Assembly: GCA_035084275.1 (NCBI GenBank)
Contig: CM068746.1
Coordinates: 39,432,001-39,496,000 of the forward strand
Reading direction: 5' to 3'
Length of the DNA: 64,000 bases
From: Hydrolagus colliei
Taxonomy: Eukaryota
The translations under genes and the position numbers were made by a program. Shown piece after piece: positions 49,256 to 61,165 of the stretch; position 1 is the stretch's first letter; each line of letters starts with the position of its first letter. Under the pieces are notes generated by a model. It did no database searches and was not told where the DNA came from. It worked only from the letters and a program-made list of their open reading frames with translations.

Positions 49256-50964
49256 CTGTGGCAGACATGGCCTCTTTAAGAGACACCACAGAATTGCCTC
49301 TGTGCAGTTTAACAATGCCTTAGCTCCGGTGATGTGTCCTGAGGGCAGAGTCTGGCACGAGTCCAGCAGATTTCGGGCAGATTGTTCTTTGCAGGACCTG
49401 ACAGCAGGAAGAAAGGCAGATTCACTGGTTTCTCAGTTTACGGCTGACATGCCTTGGCGGGACAGCACAGGTCTGGGAGACAGATTGATCTGGTGCGTGC
49501 CACAGATCAGTAGTGAATAATTTCCTCTCAGAAGATGTCTGCACCAGGAGTTCAATACCTTTCTGACAGATGATCTCTGGGTTCATCATGCAGAGCAAAG
49601 CAAAAAAAAAAGGGCCTCACATTTTGCTGTTGAAACTGGTTTGCTCTCCTTTGCTGGGCAATGCATCCCATGTGTTACATAACACCCTTCAGCCCCAAAC
49701 CAAACTGTTCCCAACCCGAGGATATAGATCAAAGTAGGAACGAGAGTTTTTTCCAACACGTTTATTTATACAGGACTAATTACAACAGCTACTTAAACGT
49801 ATCTAATGCCTTTCACAAAGGGATGAATGTCTCAAAGTACTTAATTAGGAAGTTAAATGGAGGCAGAGAAACATGAGTGAGATTTGGTGCTCAATTGCTG
49901 TTGCATATTGACTCGCTTTATATTGGACGAGACGTACAGAGCAAATTGACTGCCACGTTCGCCAACCAAAATGCACAGGACTGTACATTCAGTGAGATGC
50001 TTTGAGGCATTCTCGCAAATGAAAAAGCACTATATCAACTGCAAGGACTGTTATTATTTCGCCTTATTTCACAGTAAGGTTGTGTCGGAATTGTTTGTTG
50101 TTATCGGCAGGAGTGAAAAATTGGGTATGGAAAATTGTACTCTAGTTGACATTAGAATGATGGCGTGACCAGGTGTCAGCCTGGGCGCAGTTGGTTGCAC
50201 ACTTGTTTCTGGGTCATGAGATGATGGATTGTGACTCCTGCATCCAGACTTGTGCACATATCCTACAGTGGAGGCTGGCATTCCACTGCAATGCTCTTTC
50301 CTGTTTTTGTCAAGATTCTCATTCAGTCCCACACTCTGCCCTGGATTCCTGTGGTTTCGACTTTAATTGGAAGCCTTTCAAGTGGAACTTGGTCTGAAAG
50401 TCTAAATAAACCACTTTGTTGCGAGCGCCTGTCCCTGTTAGCTCTATCTGTAACATCCTCAGAAAAAACACAGCCCACAAAAAGTTGCCAGGCAAAATCT
50501 CCCCTCTTCAAAATTCATATTGTTTCTTTTTGAACCAGTTTTTTTTTTAAAAAAACAGGTCTTTCTCCAATCAGCTTCTGTAGAGTAGACGCTGAAAAAA
50601 ATGTACACACATCAAACTATGCTTTGTTAACCAAGGACCTGATGATAATATCAATAACAACAACTTTGATTTATATAGCGCCCTTCACTCCGGACGGCTT
50701 CTCAGAGTGCTTCATTTGCAGTGTAAAATGCAACATGGGCAAATAGCCCCTAAGACCATGTTCAAATGGATACAGGTGGCCTTAATATTGTATTGATGTG
50801 ATCCCATGAAGGATAGATCTAAATACAAGGTGTTGTTATAATCGAACCCATTACAGATATTGGGTTACTGCATAATTAAGGGACATCTGTAAGGCACTGG
50901 AACATGAGAAACAGACAGGACACCTTGTTACTGTATAATAATGCACTTTGAGAATTTTTGATGT

Positions 50965-51405
50965 GATAATAATAATAGTTAATCCTTACATTTTGCCAAG
51001 TGCCTTTCAGGTCAGGAGAGCTTCTGACAGTGCTTCAGAAATATATTGTAAAATCAAGTGCAGTGCCTGTGTGTCTTGAGACCCAATTGGTGTACAATAG
51101 TGTCCCACAAACAACCATAGAGTGAATGACTCATTTTATTTTGGGGGCAGTTAGTCAGGACACCAGGGGAAGCTCCCTTCTCTTTTCGAGTCGTGCCTTG
51201 TGATCTATTGCATCCACCTGGACAAGCAGACGGGATCTGGATTTAACATCTCCTCCGAAGCACGACACCTCTCACAATGCAACACATTCCCAGCTCTAGT
51301 TGGAGTGTCAGCCTGGACTATATGGGATTCAAGTCTTGACGTGGGGCTTCAAACCACAACCTTTGATTCAGAGGCGAGCTCAGTGAAACCAACCGAGCCA
51401 GGCCG
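50965..51405 (-). mobile_element. Family C SINE, full-length
   Basis: Reverse tail, Deu core, head CCGAGCCAGGC. Confidence 0.8.
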
Positions 51406-52084
51406 ATGTTCTCAGCATATCTTGTCCATCTGTTCAATTTTGAAATAATAAACTGGTCACTCAATCAATGATTGTTTGTGGGACACTGCTGTGCGTAATT
51501 GGGTGCCATGTTTTGCCCACAAAATATACTGTCAATTCACTTTACAGTGTATCCCTGTGAAGCGTTTTGAAGTACCTCGAACACGTGATAAGGCTATATC
51601 AAATTCAAGGATTATTATTTTTGTTAATATTATCATGATGTCCATGGGATCTGAACTTTCTCACCTCCGTGAGAAAATTAAAAAGTGTCAGTTTCAAGAA
51701 TAGAAAACTGCTTGTATCAGTCTGAATTGCCTGCACTACCTGCTACAATCATGTGAAGATTTATTCATCACTTCTTTCCTGTCAGCCTATGACTTGTTGA
51801 AAAATCACTCTAGTGAGTCCACAGAAAAACAGCAAAACACTAATCAAACTACCCAGTCAGTTATTATCTTGCTATTAAAATTCCCTACCAATCCTTTTTG
51901 AAAGTCAAAAGTACCTCACAGTAATATCAGGTGTTTCAATAATAAGCCTGCGTGTCAGAATTGCTAAGTTTACTTGGGCCAAAAAATACAAATTCAGCCT
52001 GGGATCTGTTTATTGCCTCATAAACTTAATGGCTCTAATGTATAAGTCACTCGATTTTGGTTCCTTCCCCCATTTTGACAAAGC

Positions 52085-52300
52085 CACTATGCCCCAAGGC
52101 TCTGGAACTCTCTTCCTCACTCCCTTTGCCTCGCCCCCTCTCTTCCCAGTATCAGGTCACAGTTAAAGACCTTTCTCTTCGACCTCGCCTTTGGTCACCT
52201 TTCTAACCCCTGCCCCTGGCTCGATCTTGGGATCCACTATTGTGAAGCGCTCTGAGACGCCGTCCAGCATGGACAAATCGAAGTTGTTGTTGTTGTTGTG
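52085..52300 (+). mobile_element. L2 LINE 3' end
   Basis: SHYAPRLWNSLPHSL...LKTFLFDLAFG plus (TTG)n tail; same subfamily as 37606-37744. Confidence 0.85.
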
Positions 52301-53459
52301 GTTGACAAAACCAATGCATTGCTGTGGCTTTCGTTTTGCTTTAGATTTACATCTATTGAAATGATATTAGCTAAACGACTTGATCCAGTAAAGCAGGAAT
52401 AAAGCAAAACGTGCCAGCCAAAAACACGCAGCGGTGCCCCACAAACAGTAGTCGATTTAGCGAGCAGATTATCATTATTATTTATTTATTTGAAATGAGT
52501 TGGAATGGCAAGCTAATTGCTGAATTGCCCTTGTCTGCATCGAGGATGTATTATTTCTAAGTAATAAACAATTGGGTCTTGTTGAAAATTACGTTAAAAG
52601 CCGTCCCGCGTAGAAGCAGATAGTGTGTAATGATAGGTGCTCCAACTCCCCCTACCCACTCGAGGATAAGTGAGGAGACAAATGATCAGTGGTTATCACA
52701 ACCGCTAATACATAAAGTGCTTGGCTCAATGGCACTCCATGTTATCCAGAGACCCTTGATGTGTTTGGGGGCTTTTTGCAATCACGCAGCACAGTCATGT
52801 GCTATTGATCCGTCATCTTAAGGGAATAGTCTCGCAGAAAGGCTGACGGGAGTCGATTGTTCAGATGAGACTTCAGCGCATTAGCTAGTGGGAGGATGAG
52901 GGAAGGTGGAAAAAAACGGAGGGAAGTTGGAGGGTGGGGGTGGGGTTGGTAGGTAGGTAGCTGACTGAATGGACTTCTGCCAAAGTGCTCTTCTGTTTAG
53001 TGGAGCGTGGAGATTGACTTATTACCTTGGGAGCAAAGATTGGTAGTGAGGTCAAGGACAAAGTATTTAAGAGCTTAGCTGAAGAAGCTGGACCCTTTTA
53101 ACAAATTAGACGGAGTGGCGTTTGGAATGGTCACACGCCACGCAGCCTACCAATTCACAGTGTGAAAACTGTGCAAAAATTACCTGCCATGTCCTGTGTG
53201 CCTCTTGGATTTCTGGCGTTTCGTTCGAGAAGCCAGTTCCCTGCCTCTCGTTTCAGTTTAATTGTGAAGAAAATAAAAATCAATGCAGCAGCTTTTCAAG
53301 TCCTGTAATATTTCATCCAATTTTGACTCGACCTTGGTTATAAAATGACTTGGCAGAGGAGGGTGTGTGTGCGTGTGCGTGCATGCGTGCATGTGTGTGT
53401 GTGTGTGTGTGTGTGACCAATGCATTATTTTGCTTTCCCACGGATTCGTATTCCAATAA

Positions 53460-54105
53460 AAATAATAATAATGAGGCTTGCAGTTGTTATAGCGCCTTAT
53501 CACGTCATTAAGACATCTCGAAGGACTGCACAGGATGTATGGTAAACTGAATTCACTGAGTATTCTGATGAATCACAACACGACAGTCCCACAAGCATTG
53601 GATAGAGTGACCAAATTTATTATCTATCCATCAACCAACAACCAGGTTCCTGCTTATTGCTGGGTAAAACAACAACTACTTGCATTTCTATATTGCCTTT
53701 CACACTGGGTAACGTCTCAGAGCATTTAGTGGTGGGGAACTTGACTCCAAGTCGTGGTGAGGTGGGGTGGAGTGACCATAAGCACGGTCGAAAAGGAAGG
53801 TTGTCGGGCGGGATTTGAAAAGGAGGATAGAGGGGTCAAGGCTGAGGGATTGAGGGAGAGCGTTCCAGAGTTTGGGGGCATTGTAACTGAATGCTCAACC
53901 TCCATTGGTGGAGGAGAGGGCGCGAGGGACAAGCAGGAGGTCAGTGCTAGTTGAGCCCTGGAGCCCGGTGCTGGATTGGGGAGTGAAGAGGTCGGAGAGT
54001 TAGGGAGGTGCCAGGGTGTGAAGGGATTTGAACATGACTATGAGGATCTTGATGTCGATCCTTTCGGTGATGGGAGAGCCAGTAGAGCCTGGTGAACTGG
54101 TGAGA
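53460..54105 (-). mobile_element. Family A SINE 3' part joined to an L2 fragment (53668-54105)
   Basis: Peptide ITERIDIKILIVMFKSLHTLAP; L2 (CAA)n tail begins at GGTAAAAC of the SINE. Confidence 0.8.
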
Positions 54106-54460
54106 TGGTGGGGGGGGGGGGGGGGGCAACAAGAGGCAACAAGAGGCAACATTCCCCAGAAGGAAAATCTAAACAAATCATTGGCTTTGATGACATAACA
54201 AAATAACACAGGGTAGGGTGTAGACGGGTGCGGAGTGCCGGAATCCACTAAGAGATATGTTTAAAAGGGATTTTCCACAAGCCTTTTTCCTTTACTGCCA
54301 CACTGTGCTTGTAAGCTCTTAGTGCAGCCCTTTGTTTTAAGGTGATCTGAAGGCTCCCTCCCAGTAAAAGCTGATGGGTATACAGTGCTAACTCTTCCTT
54401 CTTTTACACTCTCTGTTAAAAGGGGATTGATAACTGCACCCATCGTGATTCATCTAACAG

Positions 54461-54620
54461 GCAGATTTCTTTCCTTTGATCAGCCAGGTGTCTGACACAT
54501 GCAGAGACCCATCGCCATGCTTAAGAATATCCAAACCAAACTTAAAATTCCAAGCATCCCACCTACACATGAAATATCCGAGATTGATTGTTGGAATGGT
54601 ATGGAATGCACACTCTCTTT
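54461..54620 (+). repeat. Unassigned dispersed repeat, copy 4
   Basis: GATCAGCCAGGTGTCTGACAC...CTTAAGAATATCCAAACCAAAC...CCACCTACAC...GGAATGCACACTCTC. Confidence 0.65.
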
Positions 54621-55489
54621 TCTCTCTCTCTCTCGCTCCCTGAGGCACGCATACTGCTTACCTAATTCTGGAAAATATAAGGTCCAGGTTGGCAAAAGCC
54701 AACGCTTGGGGACCCCAGTGTGTGCATTGGGGTAACTGCTGGAGTCTAACCAGCTAAAACCTCATAGCTTGCTATTAAAATATAAGTATTTTAAAAAAGT
54801 GAAAATTTCTACCTGTTAGAACTTTTCTCCTTGAATGCAATGAATATCAAATGGCCCTCAATGGTCCTTTCTACTCTTAAGAACACACAGAGGCCATTCA
54901 GCCCCTTGAACCCGTTACACCATTTTATCATAGAGTTACATGTTACAGCATGGAAACAGGCCATTCGATCCAATTAATCCATGCCTGTGTTTATATTCTA
55001 CCTGAACCTTCATGTCAACTTTTCTCCTCTTCTATACCCTTCTGTCTTTCATTCAGCAAGTTTTCTCTTAGCCATTTGCATCAGATCATGGCAGATCTTT
55101 TAATCCCATACCCTTTTTTCCCCTTACTGCCTTCACATCGGAAAGACCTCTCAAAGCACATCACGGAATTTACTACAAAATGTAGTGACTTTATTTTTAG
55201 GCAAACGTGGTAGCCGGTTTCCGCACAAAAACAACAACAACTTGCATTTATATAGCAGGCCTCAGGCGGAGTCCCGCCCTGCACGCAATTATGTCCCACA
55301 AACATCGACAAAGTGAATGACCAATATCATCTAGGGAATTGGGACCAGAACATTCTTTGCAACGTCTTTTCAAATGAGCCACAAACCCTCCTGATTTAAT
55401 GTTTGCTGTTGCAGCATTTGGCTATAAATAGTGACAGCGTGTGACAGTCTTTGATGGACTCTTTCCTGCACAAAGTCTGCGGGTACCTG

Positions 55490-55665
55490 ATCCATTCAAA
55501 TTTTCGAGACTGAGGTGGATAGATTTTTTGTTAGGTCATGGTATCAAGAGCTGTGGGGCAAGGTGGGGGTAATTGGAGTTGATGCACAGATTAGTCGTGA
55601 TCTAATAGAATGGCGGAACTGGTTGGAGGGGCTGAATGGCCGAGTCCTGTTCCTATGTTCCTCAT
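55490..55665 (+). mobile_element. CR1 LINE 3' end
   Basis: FETEVDRFLL peptide, hairpin GGGGCTGAATGGCC, tail TTCCTATGTTCC. Confidence 0.8.
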
Positions 55666-56119
55666 ATATTCATGAATGAGAAGGCGCAACTAAAATTCTT
55701 CCTCACACTTTGCACAACCCTGCGCTTAATTTATTCTGTTTTCCATCTTTCCATCGCACCCCCATCTGCCGAGGACCATGGTCTGACAAATAGTAAATCG
55801 GGCGACTCACTCCCAAATTTCCGCTGGTAAAAAAGCTTAAAGATATTTATTGATTTGATAGAGCCCTCGAGACGATTGAACTCAAACAGCTTCCCAAAAA
55901 TAACGTGAAGAACGACTGGGGAATAGAACACAAAACAGTAAAAAAAAAGAGTGTTAGCATGAATAATAAAGCACACAATCCCAAATGAGTTGCAGATTGG
56001 ACTCTTCAGCCCATTTGATCGCAGTATCTAGCTGCTTCTTCAATGTGTCCAGTGACCTAGCCTCCTTGAGCCACCCTTCCTGGTAACTTATGTCAGTTCC
56101 TAACAATGCACTGTACAAA

Positions 56120-56615
56120 GAAATGCTGAAACAAAAACAGAAATCACTCAGCAGATCAGGCAGCATCTATGGAGAAAGGAAAAGTGAGTCGACGTTTCAG
56201 GTCCACGACCCTTCGTCAGAACTGGGGCATGTTGGGGGGGAGAGGCTTCTATGGACTAACAGAGAGGGAGAGGCAGAGCAAGGAGAAAATGGGGTAGACA
56301 GCAGGAGATGTTGGGTTAAAGAGGTGTTAATGTTGTGAAACAAAAAGGGGGGGATTGCAACAAAACTGGAGCTGTTAACAACGTTAAACAAAGAAGGGAT
56401 GAAATTGCAAAGGAACAGGCAGATCAAATGGTCACAGAAGAGTGGGGTGGTGAACTGTTATGGCGTGAAATTATTGAGATCAATATTAAGGCCAGAGGGC
56501 TGCAAGGTCCCCAACAGATACCATTCTTCAAAACGTGCCCCGCGGTTCATTGAAACAGCGTAGGAGATCATGGATGGAGAAATCAGATGGCGAGTGGGAA
56601 GGAGATTTGAAATAT
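56120..56615 (-). mobile_element. Penelope-like retroelement 3' fragment (GIY-YIG endonuclease C-terminus plus terminal repeat)
   Basis: Two frames give FKSPSHSPSDFSIHDLLRCFNE and LGTLQPSGLNIDLNNF, the typical PLE GIY-YIG end; hammerhead motif downstream. Confidence 0.85.
56187..56223 (-). ncRNA. Minimal type-I hammerhead ribozyme motif (Penelope-type)
   Basis: Minus strand AGTT-CTGACGA-A-GGGTC GTG GACCT-GAAACGTC-GACT: catalytic core, stem II, palindromic stem III, GUC triplet, 4-bp stem I. Confidence 0.65.
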
Positions 56616-56654
56616 AGAAACAAAGAAATACTTGGTGTCTGAACCTGCTGTTTG

Positions 56655-57000
56655 TCCAATAATAATACTGATCCTTGCATTTGATATGCCTCATTGAGAC
56701 ATCCCAACTGCTTCACAGAATACTGTATATCGTTAAGTGAATTGATTGTATATTTTGTGGGCGAAATGCAGGAGCTAATTGCACACAAACTGTGTCCCAC
56801 AATCCATCGTGGACTTGAAGTGATTGAAGAATTTGTACATTTTAATTTTAAAAAATTATTTGTTTGTTTATTTATTTTTGGGATGGATTACTGCGCCTGA
56901 AAAAAATGATCCACCAATAAACTACAAGCAGGTTCCTACTTACTGCTAGGTAAACAGTGGTGTGCGGAAATCTGCCTAAGGTTTCACGCTGCCCGGAATT
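56655..57000 (-). mobile_element. Family A SINE
   Basis: Reverse tail to GGTTCCTACTTACTGCTAGGTAAAC and partial head. Confidence 0.8.
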
Positions 57001-59097
57001 TTGGCACCTCCAACAATGTTTCCCCCAGCACTGCACTTGAGTGTCAGCCCAGACTCTACGAGTCCAGAGTCCTGATGGGACTTTCTCCGTGAAAGAGCGT
57101 TACGTCTTGGTTCCTTGTGCAACTGAATGGCAATGGGCGGCACTTCAGGGGTTAAAGGCTACCCATTTAGTGTATTCCCTCAAGTGATCCATCTGTTACG
57201 GTTGTTTTGCAAAACTAATTTTCAAGGTAATCCTGTTTGCTGCAAATTATTATCGATCACTTTGGTGACATTGATTTTTTTAATTTACTAACAGAAGATT
57301 TCTTCCTTTATATCACTCACGTTGCTGGAGCTGCTTAAGACAATCGGGTTAAGGAATGGAGCTGTGCTGAAACTCCTTCAGAAACTCTACACTACAGCAC
57401 TCTTCTTAGAGCACAGTCTGAGCATAAGCAATGTCTTGGTGTTGCTCAATGATACAGTCCATTGCGTATCCAGGTGCCAGCCCTGCACAGTGAATAGCAC
57501 TCTCATCTCTGTGTCAGAACATGTTTAAATAAAGGTTTAAATACAGCCTCATCTTAGTACTTGAACTTGCATAGTCTAAGATGACACTGCAAGATAACAG
57601 GAGTAGTTTGATCAGATTGATGCCTCCTGTATCTCAATTTAAGAGGAGAATAATAATATTAATTTTAAAAAACCTTGCATTTGAAATAGTGCCTAGTGTT
57701 AGAATGTCTCAAAGCGCTTCACGGGATTTACTGTAAAGTGCAGTTAAGGTGAAAATGGCAGTCGGTATGCACATAGGAAATGTGAGCCATGAACGTCCAC
57801 AAAGTGAACGGCCAATTTAATCCAGAGGAACATTGGCCAGGACAGCCAGAGAAACTCCCTTCTCTTTACAAACGGTACATTGATGAGCGGCATGAGAGAC
57901 TTGAGACAATCATCCACCTAGCGTTTAGTCCCTGCTTATAAGCACTTCTGCTCATGATATTGCGAGGATCTTAGTCTATTACTTAAAGCTGAAACAAACT
58001 ACCATAAGGCTCAATTAAAATAAAACACAAAAAAGCTACACCTGCTGTGGGAGGTTTAAATTCAACATTCAGTAGAATAATTATCAGTTTTGTGTTTTTT
58101 TTGAGTCTGTCTGTCTGGGTCCCAATCATAGAGAATATGATAATAGTCTTTGTAAGTGGATGACAGAGGGAGGTGAAGTAGTTGCTATTGTCTCTTGTTG
58201 ATCACTGCAGAATGCACAAAATGAAAGACTCACAGGTCACATCCACACTGAAGTAGCGAGACATTCAATGTAAACCTGATGGACCGTTGTCTGACATCGC
58301 TCGCTCCCCCTGAAGGCAGAAACAGACTATAATAAGGAATCTATGAGACTCTACGGAAAGCGATTGGGAGGTGTGGTAATAATAATATTATAAATAATAA
58401 TCCTTTCATCTGATGTAGCGCCTTTCACAACAAGAGTATATCTCAAAGCCAGGCGCTTTCAAATACAAAGATTTCAAATGTAGTGACTATGCATTTTGTA
58501 GGCAACACACAACAGACAATTTGCACACAGCAGGGTCCCTCAAACAGCAAACATACAACTTGGGAAGACTGGTATTTGAAGGATAAACATCTGAGTATAA
58601 ACACAGTCATATGAGCTGAATCCCAAAGCTTTTTAGTAGGGTTGCGCAGCTATAGATTGTGACTGATACATTAAGTAAAAAAAGTCAATCTCTCAACAAT
58701 CTAAAATCAGTGGCAAAATAGAAATGTTGACATGACTTATCACAAGATCACAACAGAGTCTGATTAAGAACATCTGGCCCATTTGATTATTGGCTTCCAG
58801 AATACCAACCCTGCTGCTATCTTCCGTTTACAGTATACAGTTGATTCTGAAGTTGTCTCTGGTAACCCTTTCCAGCCACTGATATTCCTCTGTACACAGA
58901 TACTCTTTGGTGTCTGACCTCAGTTTGGTTTGGATGCTCTTGAGCATGGCCAAGAGTTTTCCATCCAAAAATAACAGAGTGAGCTACAGGTAGGACAGGG
59001 TGTCTCTTTAAGCAATTTCTTATTGTTCTCTTTCCCTCCCTACTTGAGAAGCAAGCCTCAAAACTCAAAAGGGTAAAGCTTTGATGATGAGTTTTAT

Positions 59098-59111
59098 CCA
59101 CTAGAGGGAGC
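59098..59111 (+). promoter_or_regulatory. Candidate CTCF site
   Basis: CCACTAGAGGGAGC, 13/14 to the core CCACTAGAGGGCGC. Confidence 0.35.
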
Positions 59112-59333
59112 GTTTGATAATTACCAGAGTTCAGCTTGACAAGCAAACGACTTAAAATTCCTCACGTCTTTAGCCTTTGGACTATGGTCCTTAAAATGTA
59201 CTATCAGCGTCAATATTCTGCACTTATTTAGCGTTCTTCACACGGGGCAAGCAGCTCGGAGCACTGGGAAATAATGTAGTTTGACCCCAGGCCAGGGAGA
59301 ACGAGGAGGTTACCATAGCCAGTTAAAAAGGAA

Positions 59334-59472
59334 TATAAGAACATAAGAATTGCTAGGCAGAAGAAGACCAGGGTTCATCCATTTGGCCTTACATCATCTT
59401 GGCAGTCGCTTGCACGTGTTATGTCTCAAGTTATATACTGTATCTCGAGATATTGTTTCCTAACAGAAATCT
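59334..59472 (-). mobile_element. CR1 3' end
   Basis: ATAAGAACATAAGAA terminal repeat; matches 29510-29733. Confidence 0.8.
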
Positions 59473-59499
59473 GGAGTCAGTCAAAGAGGAACGTCTTAC

Positions 59500-59760
59500 A
59501 ATACAATACTAAATTACATTTGTAAAGTGCCTTTCACGTCGAGGGGATGACCCAATGTGTTGAACTGTCAGGCATTAGGAGTTGAGAGGGGGTGGTGGCG
59601 GTGGTCAAGGGCGTTGGAAGCCAGAGAAGGTAGGGGAGTGGCCCGAAGATATGGTCAAAAAAGGGTCTTGAGGCACGCCTTGGAGGAAGCAAGAGGGTAG
59701 CGAGATGAAGAGAGTGTGACGTGGAGAGTGAGGGCAGAGAGGCTCAAAGCGTGGCTACCT
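59500..59760 (-). mobile_element. L2 LINE 3' fragment
   Basis: Reverse tail GTGCCTTTCACGTCG and purine-rich reverse UTR/ORF end. Confidence 0.65.
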
Positions 59761-60542
59761 GAGCAGGCAGACAAAACCTTAGCTTAACATTTCATGTTGA
59801 AGGAAGTGCCTCCGACAACACAACAACAACCACAAAATGACATTTGTGGAGCACTTTTCACATGGGAAGACATGAGACAGCACAGCTGTCAGTGGCAGCC
59901 TAGACAATGTGTGTTCAAAGTCCTGAAGTAGGGCTTGAACTGGAAACCCTCTGGCTCAGAGGTGAGAGTGGTCCCGACAGAGCCAGGCTGACTCAAATAC
60001 CCAGCAACCAAACTTCTGTACTCTCGTAACTGGCTGCCCTCTGAGATTAAGCTCAGAGTTTGTATCTCTGAGTCACTGAGATGTTGACATTGATGTGAGA
60101 GTGAATAGCAATAACCACAAGGGCGGCAGGTTTAATCACTTTCAACGCCAGCAAAAGAACATAAAAAAAGGAGGGCATAATATAAGCAATGATAAGGAAA
60201 TGCTCTCATATCATTTAACAGTATTCTGGATAACTTAAGTGATTGAGGTCAATTAAGTCCTAACTTCTATGAGCAAGTCAGTGAGTCAGTATTATGCCAC
60301 AGGCCAAACTGTACAAACTGAATACACAAGACATCTATTCCTGCGGATTATAAATGAGTTGTGCAACAGCCTCTTTGACAATGAAATTGCCTCTTTGAAG
60401 TCACTAATCAATGTCATTTTGACTCCACTTGTGACTGCCACGAGAATTGTTATTTTCTTTTATTGGCGTGATCTAATTTGTGATCTTTGCCCCCCCCCCA
60501 AAAAAAGGGATAGAAAACATAAACTGAGTATTCCTGCTAAAG

Positions 60543-61165
60543 TGGAGCCCGTAGCACAGTGGTTCGTGCACTTGCCTCGCAAGTGAAAGGATCCAAGTTT
60601 GATTTCTGGGCAGGGCAAAACCATACAGTATATTCCGTTAACTGCTTTGAGACGTCTCTACGATATAAGGCGCTATAACAAATGCAAGGATTATTGGTAT
60701 ATATTATTATAAGGAAGCTGCCAAGATGTTATAATAATAAAAAAAAGTTCCTTGCAATTGATATTGTGCCTTTCACAGCAGGCGGACATCTCAAAGTGGT
60801 TCACGGATTCACTGTGAAGTGTAGTGACTGTGTATTTTGTAGGTGAACACGGTATCCAGCCAATTTGTGCACAACAATGTCCCACAAATAGCCACGATAG
60901 GAATAGACAATTCTTATGTTGGGGGGATTGTTACCTAAGACACCCAGAAAACTCCCTTCTATTTACAAATAATGCTGCAATATATTTGTTGTCCCCCTCG
61001 AACAGGTAGAATGAACCTGAGTTTAACGCCTCAGACAATGCAATGCTACCCCCCCCAGCAATGCATTGAAGTGTCAGTCCAGAGGTCAAAATCCCAATGC
61101 TGGACTCAAGCACCTACAACCTGCCAACTCAGAAGCAACGAGTGCCACTAACTGAGCCCAGCTGC
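60543..61165. mobile_element. Tail-to-tail SINE pair: deleted A/B (+, 60543-60695) and family C (-, 60730-61165)
   Basis: GGAGCCCGTAGCACAGTGG head fused to tail; reverse full family C copy. Confidence 0.75.
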
